Shown here piece after piece: positions 51,085-64,000 of a stretch of DNA of 64,000 nt. Every line of letters begins with the position of its first letter. Position 1 is the first letter of the stretch. A program made the translations under genes and the position numbers. The DNA is from Mobula hypostoma (lineage: Eukaryota), in contig NC_086097.1 of NCBI RefSeq assembly GCF_963921235.1, positions 134,542,001 to 134,606,000 of the forward strand, given 5' to 3'. The notes under the pieces were generated by a model. That model worked only from the letters and a program-made list of their open reading frames with translations, searched no databases and was not told where the DNA came from.

Positions 51085-51490
51085 AATGCCTGTGCACCCT
51101 GTTTTGGGCAGATGAGGCTCGTCAGTCATAGTTGGCAGCTCATCTAGGAGAGGGAAAAGTGATCTCAAACCTCAGACGCCTCATGGCTATACCCACTCAT
51201 GGGGAAGGATTCGGGAGTAAACCCCGAGGAAAAAATCTGGAGCTGGTGTCCCAAAGGCAGTCCTACATTGAGTTCAATGCTGACTGGCAATTCCTGTGAT
51301 GCTGCTGGTACCAAACTGTATCGGTGTCTGCCGTTCCTTTAGGTTCATCAGATGCGTAGAGAAGGGGAGCTTGCTACCTGGGCAACAGCTTGCTCTCTAT
51401 GTTGTACTGCCCAGGCTTGTACATCTAGACAGCTGGCACGCAATAACCATGATCAACTCTGACCGACTGAGGCCCCAGACTCAAGACTCA
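51085..51490 (+). mobile_element. Probable non-autonomous retroposon (RTE-type 5' region)
   Basis: GC-richer ~400-bp block with several hairpins, ggcagctcatctaggagagggaaaa...tcaaacc motif and a short (AGACTC)n-like tail. TSD not seen. Confidence 0.5.
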
Positions 51491-54400
51491 GACACCTTGT
51501 TATGGTCTTTACATCTATCCTATCATTTTAATCACTCCTGTATCTAACTTGTTTTTGCTGCAAACTGTGGCAATTTTAAACCATTGAGTAAAATAGTTCT
51601 GTTTCAAAGAGATACAAAAAGACCGTGCTTCCAAAGTCATTTCTACCACTTGCACCATACATGTGATAACCAATGGTAATCGTGGTACCGTAGGTTTAAC
51701 CAATGTTTGTTAACAACATTGAAGTGTCTGGTAAATGTAAGCATGAGTGATATTCAAGAATTATTGACTGCCACCAACACTAAGCTACGAGTAGAAATCG
51801 TGTATTATCTTCTACTTAGTGAGGTGCACACACTATACACTTCCCTATCACCGTAAACTCGCGAACTTCTTGTGTACAAAACGGCAGTTTATCACAATAG
51901 TTCGTAATTACCTGCACCTAGATAAGTACTTTCAATTAAATATAATTTAATCCAAACCAAAATACCGATCAACAACAAACTGCTATTATTTTCATGTTAC
52001 ATCAGATGAATTGTTTGGACTTTGTCCTGGGAATGTGAAATCAAGGGACAAATGTTTGGATTTTTGCTGTGGCAAATTTAACTGATTCCCTTCACAAATT
52101 CAAAACAGGCTAAAATTACCTTGCAGCACAGTCTGCTGATCTGCTAACAGCCCACAAATTTCCCTTAGTATTTAAAAAAGGCATGCAAATTAAGGAGGCT
52201 GAAGCATGCTTTCAGCTATTGCTGTATTATAGCAGCTATTCATCACCTGGAGTCATAACCCACTAGGTCCTGTCCTTAGCATATTCTAATGAAGCCTATC
52301 ATGCAAATTAGACTGACCTTTTCTTTGCATTCCGTAAGTTCAAATTTATGCAAGGAGTATATATAGTTTGCCAATACAAACTAGCCAAAGACTGCGTAAT
52401 TACAGTAATCAATTAGTAGTTAGTGTCTCTCTGCTCATTTTCAGCTAATGTCAGCCAAGCCATTTTGAAGAGAGCCAGTCCAGACAGCTTATCTTTCATC
52501 GTGCTGCAAAGGAACAGCAGAACTTAAAATCTGTCAAGTCTTTCAAAATTGTCATCCAACTGACAAAAATTCAAGATTAGTGTGTATTTATCAAGATTCA
52601 AAGAAGATGGTGCATATTTCTGAATAAGACTTATAACTGCTCTAACTGTGAAATGAAACATTAATATTTAAGTATTCAAACGCATGAATTTCTCCCATGA
52701 GGAAGCCACGAATATCAGCAAGACAAGGCAAAACTTAGGTGCACTTTACAAGGGATGAGTAAACAGGGCATACCCTCTGCTTGTTAACAGTCTATTTTGC
52801 AGACAGTAATGGATAGGAAACATTACTTGTGCTGGTAATTAAAGTAAAACTAATACTGTCTCTTGGATGGGGATTTTTGTTAGGGAGAAACCATTTATCA
52901 CTAACTCAGAGATTTCACTCCAAACCTGAAATGAATTATACACTTAGTGCAAACCTTTGCTTCATTTGCTTAGTACCCAGTGGAAAAGAAATTCATCTTT
53001 TTCACCTCTCATTCGCTTTCATTATTTTTTCCATCCTTATTAATGAAACAGAAACAATTTCTAGTGTTTGTCCATATCCACAAAACATTTTTAAAAGTGG
53101 GGTAAAAGTTCAATATTATTGACAGTTTAAAAAAAAGACGTGAACATTTTCAAGACGCAAAAAGTTGATCTTGCTGGATCAATTTGAACTAGTGTAAGAA
53201 GTAATTCCAGAGCAACGAACACTAATAATCAGTTATAAAAAATGGACTGGATTGCCACACTTAAAGCATCTATTTAATAATTTAACAGAATTAATGTACA
53301 ATCCTCAAATCCCCTGCTGTGTGAGCAAGGCTAAAGATTCGGGGCAATGCAGAGAGCTAATTGTTCTCAATTCAGCATCATAAATTCTCATGTTCTTTTT
53401 CTGAGTGCATTATACTCTCACTCATATCAAGCCTTAAAATATCGAAATTGCTCATTGCAATAAATTACAGTAGTCACGGCTCTGAGCTCCTGGCAAGCTC
53501 ATAGCTTTTGAATGCTCATAGTCAAGTTATATACACAAAATATTTCAGATGACTAGAAAAACAGTCAATGCTATGTTGAAAAAAAATCAGTTCTTCCTAT
53601 TTGATGCTTCTATTTATTAACAAAAGTCAAATTCAAAAAACCTGCTACAGATTGCCCCTTCACTTTACTTTTCATCACACAAAAGTTTTAGCAATCTCAA
53701 GTTATCTACAGACTATCTGAGAAGGAAATGTTGCCAGGTCTCACACTGTTTGCTCTTCTTAATGAGGTAACAGTTGGTGAATAAGTTTTGTGCACAGACT
53801 GAGAGATCCTAATTGTTACTCCAATTACTCCACAGGAATGTAGATGGAGATTAATGGCAAGCAAAAGCAAATGTACTTATTCAAGATTTATCATTCCTTT
53901 AATAATGTAAAAGGGACAAAATATTCTTGGGGTTTGTTCAGAATACAATAGGTGGGAGAATGGAAATAGTTAATGTCTTGGAGCAAGGAGTTTCACCAGG
54001 TTCGATGTTCTTTTCACATCTTTGATATCTCTTTTGTTCTTTGGCTAAGTGCATATGAAAATGTAGCACGTAGCTTTTTTTACATTAAAGATATGCTCAG
54101 GTCACAGCACAAGTTCTCAAAGCGCTCTTGAACATAGCAGCAAGATTCCTTAACTCCCCAAGTTAAAATTTTGTACGAAACACAATTAGAAAATGTTTGA
54201 ACACTTATTTGCTAATTTCTCATAACTCTTACCTCCTGTGTTCCTTCATCTCTCTCTTTTTCCAATCCACCTCTGGTTCTCCTAGTTATATTCCTTTTGT
54301 CAGATTCTCCTCCACCTATTTTCACTCCCATCCCAGTTCCATCCACCCACTACCCATATACCTGACCCATAGAATCCTCTTCTCCATACATCCCTTAACT

Positions 54401-54511
54401 GGTCATAGTCCTTTTCCCAGGGTAGTGGTGTCTAAAACTAGACAGCATAGATTTAAGGAGAGAGGGGAAATATTTAGAGGACCTGAGGAGCAGGTTTTAC
54501 AAAGAGAGGGT

Positions 54512-54915
54512 TTCAATAAGTACACTTAATGTCAGAGAAATGTATACAATATGCATCCTGAAATTCTTTTTCTTCGCAAACATCCGAAAAAACAGAGTGC
54601 CCAAAGTGTGAATGGCAGTTAAACGTTAGCACCCCCAAAGCCCCTCCCCCCAGCTCCCCCTCCCACACACAAGCAGCAGCAAGGCAACGACTCCCCCACC
54701 AGCAAAAAAGCATCGGCACCCACACCAAGCTCTCAAGCATGCAGCAAGCATCAATAAAGACACAGACTTGCAGTACCCAAAGACTACTCATTCACCTGAT
54801 ACTTTGACATACCACAGGCTCTCTCTCTCCCTAATAAGGGAAAAAGAGGTATCCCATTTCACTGCAAGAGGGGAGATATAACAAACAACTCGCTGATTTA
54901 TGATGTTATAAGTCT
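54512..54915 (-). mobile_element. Non-autonomous retroposon with Rex-like 3' end, inserted in a CR1 3' fragment (~54400-55200)
   Basis: Minus strand ends tgtatacatttctctgacattaagtgtacttattgaa. CR1 3'UTR continues on both sides. Confidence 0.55.
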
Positions 54916-55011
54916 GAGGGCAGTATGAATGTGGAACAAGTAATAGAAGAGAGTACAATTACAATATTTAAAAGGCTTCTAGACAAGCACGTGAATATGA
55001 AAGGTTTAGAG

Positions 55012-55089
55012 CAGGAGTTCCCAACCTCAGGTCTATGACCCCTCGGTTAATGGTAGGGGTCCATGGCATAAAAAGGTTGAGAGCCCCTG
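55012..55089. mobile_element. 78-bp hAT (Charlie-type) MITE
   Basis: TIRs CAGGAGTTCCCAACCT / AGGTTGAGAGCCCCTG. Perfect 8-bp TSD GTTTAGAG at 55004-55011 and 55090-55097. Confidence 0.9.
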
Positions 55090-58000
55090 GTTTAGAGGGA
55101 TATGGGCCAAATACAGGCAAATGGCACAAGCTCAGGTGGGCATCTTTGTTGGCGTGGACAATTTGGGCCAAAGGCCCAATTTCTAAGCTGTACAGGTCCA
55201 TAAGCTCATCTGCTACTGAAAACCAACTTATATTATTTTTTTCCACTGTTCTTACAGAGGGTCTCAAAAGTGAAACATTAGCTCTGTTACTCTTTCCACA
55301 GCCTGCCGTATGGAAAGTTTCCAATATATTCTGCACCTCAGAGACTGCAGCCTAACCTCAATACTCACGCATACAGTACTGGCTCAAGTTGTGAAAAACT
55401 GCCAATGCTGGCTCATACGGCAAGTGTTCTACCACTAAGCCACAGATGGCACGAGGGCCAGTACCAGTACCGGCTATTCTATGAGCAAATGGTTCATGAT
55501 GCCGAGATTCTGTGCATATTCATGGCGATGAAAAATAAATTCATGTAGTTCAAAGCTGTGTGTCCATTAATAATAAGTGGTTAATACACAACTTTGTAAT
55601 AATCCTTTGTTAAGATTTGGAAGGAAAATATTTAGGGATGATTTTAACTTTTTACATGTAATAATTTATTATGACCTTGGATGTTGGAGACACACTTGAT
55701 GAAGAAACTGAGGGATAAATACAAAGATAAGGCTAATTGGATCACTCTTTCCAACCATCAATAAAAGGTACCAGGGAACAAATAACCTCTGATTGTATCA
55801 AGATTCTTGTAAAGTACTCGAATTTACCAACTTCATAATTGTATTTTCTCAATGCAAATTTTTGAAAAAGAATCTTCAGCAATTTTCTGTGGAATAACAT
55901 TTCTCAGGCTGCGGCATCATTGGGTTGGCACTGTGATTAAACTCGATGTTATGTACTCACTGAATTAATGACTAGCAACCTTTAATAATAAGGGAAGCCG
56001 ATAGGAACAATACCGTAACAAAATCAATATTGTGTGCTACTTTCTGATAGTGGTGCCGAAATATTTACATTCCTCCCCTCTAAAGACTGAATGTTTATCA
56101 GAAAAATTACTTCCGTAAAGGAAAAAAATTAAAAAACGATGGTTGTAGCAGTATTAAATGGTCATTTATCACTTCAGAATCCTATTAACACATTCAAAAA
56201 ATTATGCTTAAATTCAGAGCAATCACGTTTGTTTTATTTTAATCGTTCATTAATTAAAATAAAAGAAACAGAGGCTTTCCCACCATGTAAACCAATCAAT
56301 TTATTAAACCTCCTCTATAACGTTATATGATCAATGAATTGCAACTTGAACAGCTTGTTGGATTTATTGGTGGCTTTTCTGCATTGTGTGGAATGGGTCA
56401 GCGAACACTGTGTCAGACATACAACTTGTCAATACTGACACGAGGCCAAACAGCAGGAAGATAGCTCTTTTCATCCTTGTCAAATTGTGCTGTGACAGGA
56501 GTCAGTGACAGTTACTGAGAGGGGAAAGACATGAAGCAACTTGAGCGCAGGGTTGTGGGGGGGGGGTGAAAAATTCTTTGCAGTACATTCCAAAAGCCCA
56601 AGGCTTCTTGCAGTTAAGCCACAGAGAATCAATGGATAGGGCCTTATGGAGCAGTTTTTCCTGACTTGGATCCAAGTGGCAGCTCCTGCCGATGCACCAA
56701 AGAAACTAGAAGCTGAACTAATCACTGCTGCACTTCCACGGGATGATGCTCTTATGATAAACATTTGCGACAATTTGTGACCATAGTGCTGTTACAACAC
56801 TAATTGTGCATGAAAGGTGACCTGCAGCAAAGCAGCAGAGTTCAGTTTCAATAGGCCTGGCTCTCAAGTAAAAGGATGATCACTTGTGACAGAAGACATC
56901 CATGCATCAACCATCCTTTAAGCTTTGTGACATTACTTTCTGCACTGTAACATGATGCAGTTGTACAAGTCTTGTGCCACCAGTACATCAGTAGGGGCTG
57001 AAAACAAGTGCCCATTAATTGAAGAGAACAAAAGATTAACCATTCTGGATCTGCTATACACACAAAACAAAACAGTACAATAAAAAAACTTCAAACTATT
57101 TCCAACCAATTTAAACAAGAACCAAGTATGATCATTATTCATAAATTAATTGAATGCAACTTATGCAGAATGAAACACAATTAATTGCTATAGCGATCAA
57201 GTTTGTAAGCAAAAGACTTTCATTTGATATACTGGATACTGGTGATGATTTAACATATTTTGTCAAACTAAGATTTGGCAAAAGCAAAAGATAAGGGTCT
57301 GCAGCCAACATGCACCACTAGATCTCCAGGGAAATTCAAAGTACTGCATTTGTCTACCATGGTCCTTTAATGACTAATGGCTACCAATCTTCAATTAAAC
57401 CTTGTGCACAAAATCTGTCTTTGTTGTTAAAAACTCTTGGCACCATACATCATTCCTGGCTATTCCTGAAGGACATTTCGTATGTGGGGAAGTAAAAGTG
57501 AATGAATTTATAATGGTCTTACAGCCCAATAATAATCTCAAGTCAGAGGTTATAGCGGGCAGTGGCCACCTGAGAATAATACTGCTTGAAACCAAAATAA
57601 TGGTTATACTCTATTACGTATAATCAATGTTGAGCAGGCACAGTATTACAGGACATGGGGAAAGGGCCATTGTCAGTGACAGTGAAATGGTAAGTATGAA
57701 CTAACTTGACCACAAATGAGGTGTAAAACAAAAAAAAACAGATTTAAGAGAAAATCTTAGGCAGTGAAAGACTAGTCCTTTTTCTCCATGCATCATAGCA
57801 CACACAATAGCAGCCACTGTTCCCCTCTTGACGACAGACTGCAAGTGTCAAACTTTGTGGGGTAAACCATTTGTCATCTTATCTGTCCTTCAGGAAAAAA
57901 GGTATGCTAGTCAGGCATTTTAATATTGATTTCTAAAGTAATGCTATCATTTTGCACAGGACACAGACTGGTGGAGTCATTAATGGGAGACAAAGGTAAA

Positions 58001-59960
58001 TAAATTGCAGAATAAAACTGGATACTTTCAGAATTATTAGAACCACGAGCAGAATTTTGTTCAAAAAATTCAGACAATTAAACTTGGCCACCTCTATAAA
58101 CGAAATTAAATAAACCAAGTAATTATGTTCCTCAGGTGCGGTATAAGCATTTTTAAAAAATATTTTGACAGAACTAACAGTGGAATCATATTCGATTTGT
58201 TAGAATTCCTGTGTTGTGCAAAATATTACTTTGTCAATTCTGTTTAACAAAATTAATTCCTACCAAGTATAAAAATATATAATTGTTATCTCTTGTTTGC
58301 TTTATTTAACCGTGGTTCTTGGGAGTGGTGGAGGAAGGTCCTGACGAACAATAGAAGAGTATAAATAATCATTATTATGAGCAATAAGTAAATTATTTTG
58401 CTGTTAAACAATATTACTCAAAGAAAGCATACCCAGTGAGAGCTTGAATTAATCATGGTAAATAGAACTTAAAAGACTAGTTGCTTAATCAATGCCAGGC
58501 TCCCTCTCATCTGGCATCAAATCGCTCTGAACACTCAAAACAAGTGCTTCTATCTGCCAGCTTAGACAAGCCCAGAGTGCGACAAAAAGGTAGCGCAGAG
58601 AGAAGGGAAAGCCAGATAATTACAGAATAATTTTTGCACTGACAACACAGCCTGCATGAAATCAGAGCTTATTCATTGATGGGAATCAATGGTTAGTATC
58701 ATTCCATGCTTCATGTTTTATTAATCATGTTTGGGTGCTCCTCCCAGAAAGGCAATCCATGCAAACTGGCTTGACGCTAGGCAGAGGATAAACTGAGACA
58801 AACCAGCACGCGCCTAGTGTTCAAACTTTTGCAGCAGGAATTTTGCAAGACAATTTAAAGATTTTAAAAAAACCACAAAGCACTTGGCACACTCATTTTA
58901 AGACTCCTTTTTTATTACAAAAACTCCTGATAGTCTGGGTACATATTGAACAACTTACCCACCCACCCACCCAATGGTCCTGGATAGCTATTTCCTTCAA
59001 CTATCAAGTACAGAAAAGTCAGTTAATAGAATTCTGTCCTGTTTTAGATTTATTCATAACCAGCTCTGAAATTCTAGCAACTTAACTTTAAAATGTAATT
59101 CCACCAATAACATAACTCCTTACTAACTGTCAATCAGATAATGACGCAAATATTCTTTTTCCATTGCAACATGAAATAGTTATTCCAAATGGGGCATCTG
59201 TGCTTTCTTAATGTTGCAATACTGATTTTTTGCCTTAAATTATTTTAAGATTGCCTTTGAATTCTGGCAGAAGTTGCTATTTGCCCATCACTGACCATCT
59301 CTACACAAACAATGAAACAACACACAAAATAAGCTAAAGGATAAATCAAGTCAGTTTTCTACCTTATTTCATACAAATCATGCCCAAGACATTAAACGAC
59401 AAAGCAAATGAAAAATAGCATCAAATGAAATGGCAGTTATCTGCAAATATTCAAAAATGCTCTTTTTGAACAATTGCAATAATTGCATTTCAAACTGTCA
59501 TTTTGCATTTAATTGCTCACTGCAGAATTTTTCTTCAGATAAGCCCCAGTGTCTGATGCCAAATATGAAGAAAACATTCTATAATCGTAAGCCTGAACTC
59601 CTGTTAGCTACCCAGAATGAGGAATTTGACAGGCTATTTTTTGTAAACATGCTGCATAAGTCTGTGAATATATACCAAGCTGCTTTTACTGCAATTACAT
59701 AATCTTTAAGATAGCTATACTAAAGTAAATACAAATATAAAATATAAAAACACACACATCAGTTCCTCTGCCTCCAAAACTCCCATCCATATCTTTGCTG
59801 CCTCTAGAATATTTCAATGCTCCCTTCCACTGCCTCACTTATGCTATCCATTGTAAACCTGAGTTCATCATAAACTCTTCCAGTTTACTAATCTAGACCA
59901 AGTCACATTCTCTCTCTGTATCTTACAGTGGCTACCAATCCACCAAAGCCCAAGTTTAAA

Positions 59961-60180
59961 TGCCGGAGGAATTCAGTGGGTCAGGCAACATTAATGGAGA
60001 AGAAAAGAGTCAATGTTCTGGGCTGGAACTCTTCATCAGGACAAATCAGTCCTAATGAAAAGTCACAGCCCAAAACATTGACTTTTTATTCCCCTTTATA
60101 GATGCTGCCTGACCTGCTGACTTCCTCCAGCATTTTGTGTGCATTACTCTAAATTTCCAGCATCTACACAATCTCATGTT
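59961..60180. mobile_element. Head-to-head Penelope-like terminal repeats, each starting with a decayed hammerhead motif
   Basis: Minus 60043->60008: TGTC CTGATGA A GAG TTCCAG CCC AGAA CATT GACT. Plus 60048-60083: AGTC CTAATGA A AAG TCACAG CCC AAAA CATT GACT. 4-nt spacer between them. Confidence 0.8.
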
Positions 60181-63100
60181 TAAAAATTTTCATCCTTGTT
60201 TACTTATGGACTTTTGCATCTCCATGATTTTCACTGTTCGATCAGCTGTCAAAACCCTAATCTCTTGAAAAATCATATTAACCTCTCTCTTTCTGGTCCT
60301 TTACAAGGCTCCTTAAGACATACATAACCTTTGGATTTTATTTTAATTATTTCAGATTTACATCATTAGACAAATAAAGGGAAGGATGGAACAAGATCAT
60401 TGATGTTTCCTTCCCTCTCCAGATGCAGTTTGATGGACTTTTCATAACAGATTGACCTATAACCCTACCCTACCCTACCCCACATATCCACCAATAACAA
60501 TACAATCAGTTTGGAAAGGCATGACCAAGAGATCAAAAAAATCCTCTACCAATCCAAGAATAAAGCTGCCATATCTTTCTTATGGGGATGGAGGCCACAG
60601 AACAAAAATGTGTTCTTAGCCTTGCTCAGTAAACATACAATGTAGAAGTGGATCAGATTTGTACTATGCATCTGAACTTTACTTTCACTAACTTCATTGT
60701 AACCTACGGCTACATTTTTTTATGTAGCACTTGCAATCAAGAGCAAATTGCCTCTGTAATATATAATCCCAATGAACTAGTAATATATCCTATACAACTA
60801 GAAATTTTATCTCTTTGAAAAAAAAGGAGTAGCGGTGAATCAATTCTCTCTGCATGCTTTGCTAGCCTTTCCCAGAAGGCAGTGACATTTTGCAAAAACA
60901 TCTCCTGTCACCTAAGCAGCTCAATTTCCCAAAGATTTGGTGCATCTGTCCTTTAATTTCGTCATGCATCTCATTCTAAAATTTGTTTCAATCCTTTCTT
61001 TCATTTTAACAACTCCATTCCTCCTGCTTCTAAACCAATCTTTGCAAAAACTTAGAGAACCCAACCTTTTAACTAGAAGTCTTCAAGTTGATTAACACTT
61101 GCTGACTTGATTTTTTTCCACGACATCACTTTAGGGGACCAGAAATGGCAATACTCCATGTGCAACTAACCCACAGTCAGCCTATAGTACTTTTCATTCA
61201 GTATTTGATGACCGAAACAATGCAATAAAAAACTAATTGTATTCCCTCAAGCAACCTCACAGTTTTCATGTGCCTTTATTAGTGGATAACTATTGCATTA
61301 GATTTCATTCTAATCTATTGTCCTTAACAAGCATTCTTTGTACATTAAATCAAGGTTTCCCCATTTCCATTTTGGATTGTAACAAGAAAATAGTGAGAGG
61401 TGGAACCCTGTAAACGAATGACATATACACTAGTATGTTTGCTTGACAGTTACTCAAGAGGTTTTTTTTGAATCAACCGAAAAGAACATAGTTCAAAGTC
61501 TCAACTATACTTCACTCAAAAAAAAACTGACAGTTGCTCATGTTCGAAAAAAGTGCAAAAAAACCTGCCTTTTCCCTTTCAAAGAAGATTAATGCTAAGA
61601 TCAATGGAGGTTCTAAAGCGGGTGAATGTTTCTTTGAATATAGATTTTTGAGGTAAATTGACCATTGCATATGCCAGTGAGCACCCTTGTTCAAAGACTG
61701 CTCAGAATCCCAGGAACAGCACTCCCTACCATCTTAATCACCGTACAGTCAGCTTGTTTACCTAACCATGCTATGTTTGTTGGGGCAAATACTCCTACAA
61801 ATCAGACAAGTCCTTGTTCCAAATATCCTTCACCCTATGGAGTGAAAGCCAAATGCCAAACACTGACACACGGGTGATTTATAAAGAGGTAAAGGAGCAT
61901 AACTGTTCAAGAAATTGAAACTGTATCTAGTGATCCTAAGATACAAATTCAAGTTCCACCTTGGCATCTGAAGAATTTAAATTTGAGTGACTAAATACGG
62001 GGAATTTCAAAAAGGTGCTGTTACAAAAATCCATCTGATTCAAGTTCCCTTTGGGTTGCATTCTTACTCATTCTGGATAAAATGTGACTCCAGACACACA
62101 GCACTGTGGCAGATACTTCGCTGCCCTCTGAAATAGCACAAGTCACCAGGATAAGGGACAATAAATACCATCAGCTTGAATCTGGACATAGGAGGGGTGA
62201 TGATCCATGTATTAGAGGGGCTCAGGACAAGGTTTCCCCATAATACTATGCTGTTACCGTCCTCTGCTCAAATTCATCACCAGTCCACAGACTAATGAAC
62301 TGGTCTCAAGGGTAAGGGTGAATTACAACAAAAGAAAAGGTGTGTTCTTTGGCAGCTGGTCTTATGTTCACTTCACTGTCAACCGTGATACTTGAAGGAT
62401 TGGAAGTCCCAAGGAACCAGGAAATTCATGACCAGGGCAGTAAAGCAGAAACTGATTATACGGCTGTAGCTCTTCCTCCCTGTTATTAATGCACAGTGCT
62501 CTTAGTGATACTGCAGTTCAGTGGTAGCCTATTACAGCGGTCACCAGAGCCATCTTTCACTTCATCTGAAGATCCAAAGTGGACTGTGTCCACTGAGATA
62601 CAAAAAGCAGTAAAAATGTACCCAAAGTGGCCCTCAGAATGTAGTATTCTGGTGGAACATGCCATACCACCTGTACCTCACAGAAACATTTGTTCAGATC
62701 AACCCTTTCAACCACAAGTCAATCAGAAAATGATTCACACAGAGATCGTGATGGTTCCTTGCTAAGGCTGCCAAAGTCATTTGGCAGAAGACTTCATCAC
62801 CAGAACTTAGTGAGAAGGGTCACCCATAACAGATACCAGCCTTCCAGTGCAAAGATCTGTACATAATTGTGTGTTGTTGACTGGCATACTGTAAGGTTGA
62901 TAATTAGGTAAGCTGGCACAACTGCCACAATGCAAGACCACTACAAAATTCCTTCACCCTTTCATACTGAGGGGCTGGTGCAAGAACCCCTGAGGTGAAT
63001 ACAGAAAATACAGAAGAAAAATTGATGACCCTGCTGTAATTATGGAAATCTTCTGAACCATATTTATTGAATTGCGAATGGAGAAATATGAATATACTGT

Positions 63101-64000
63101 ATCAGATGTGCAGATTTTATCAATAAAGTATATCACTGAAAGAAAATCAACTACATCCTGTGAACAAATTAATTAATGACCAGAAGATACAAATGACTTT
63201 TTGGAATTAAAGAAACAGACTCCAAAAAGTTGCAAGGAAAAACTTAAATTGACAATTACCAGACTCGATGACAAGGAATAATCTTGATTAAAGTCACAAA
63301 TAACCACATTCAGCACATTTATGTGAGGGAAATAAGCTGCACACTCTACTTACAATAACTAAACAAAAACTTTTGTTCTGAGCATATCTCCCCATTTACT
63401 ATGAACCTCAAAGGCTCTCGCAACATAAATAAAAATGATTCAATATAATTTCTTTATCACCACCTGGCTTCTTTAAGTTTAATGGTGTACCAACTTCAAA
63501 CTAATCATTGTTTTATTTGAAACTTTATGCTGTTGTGCAGATGCAGTTGATGATAAAGATTGTAGTTTTCACAAACGCATTAACTTCATTTGAATTTTTA
63601 TTACCTTAAGCTGAACTAAAGTGCAATCCATTTGTATGCTTTAAAACGAGGGTTAAACATAAAGGGGATGATATACGGCAAAGATGATTAAACTGATGCA
63701 AACTTAACCGTAGAAAATACCTTAACCACTTGTGGTGGTAACGTAATTAAATCTAGTCATCAGAAGAGAAAAGAAATTGCACTGAATAGAACAGACTTTC
63801 GTAGTTTTATGAAGCAATTATAATTGATTTGAAGTCTAGTTTTAAGTAAGTCAAATGGCATTATGGCAACTGCTATACAATCAGGGAATTATATTGCAAA
63901 TAATAGACTGAATAATTTTGTGGCCATAAAATGATACGTGGGGATCACATACAGTGCATGAATGAAATTCAGTTTTACATACACCAGCACTAATTGTATG

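Noticed and set aside
62340..63040. GC-balanced unique block with a strong minus-strand acceptor near 62992 and an 89-aa plus ORF
   Set aside because: Frames close quickly after the acceptor and no product is recognisable.

Overview
This is eukaryotic, AT-rich, CpG-poor vertebrate DNA. The repeat set (HE1/V-SINE-like, Deu-type SINE, CR1 and Rex1/Babar LINEs, Penelope-like elements) points to a cartilaginous fish, probably a ray; this is an inference. I could not support any host protein-coding exon, so the window reads as intergenic or a large intron. Positions 1-51.5 kb are dominated by decayed, often nested transposons. These include a full-length IR/DR-type Tc1 element (1835-3454) whose 340-aa DD34E transposase has only two stops and one frameshift, an internally deleted Tigger/pogo element carrying a ~220-bp palindrome, and a two-LTR Gypsy relic whose pol core is replaced by unexplained sequence and which is split by a Rex LINE. 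Many Penelope-like terminal repeats carry decayed minimal hammerhead-ribozyme motifs, often as head-to-head inverted pairs. Positions 51.5-64 kb are repeat-poor, with motif clusters suggestive of conserved non-coding elements. Family names come from motif recognition by eye, not database searches, and boundaries of old LINE/SINE fragments are approximate.
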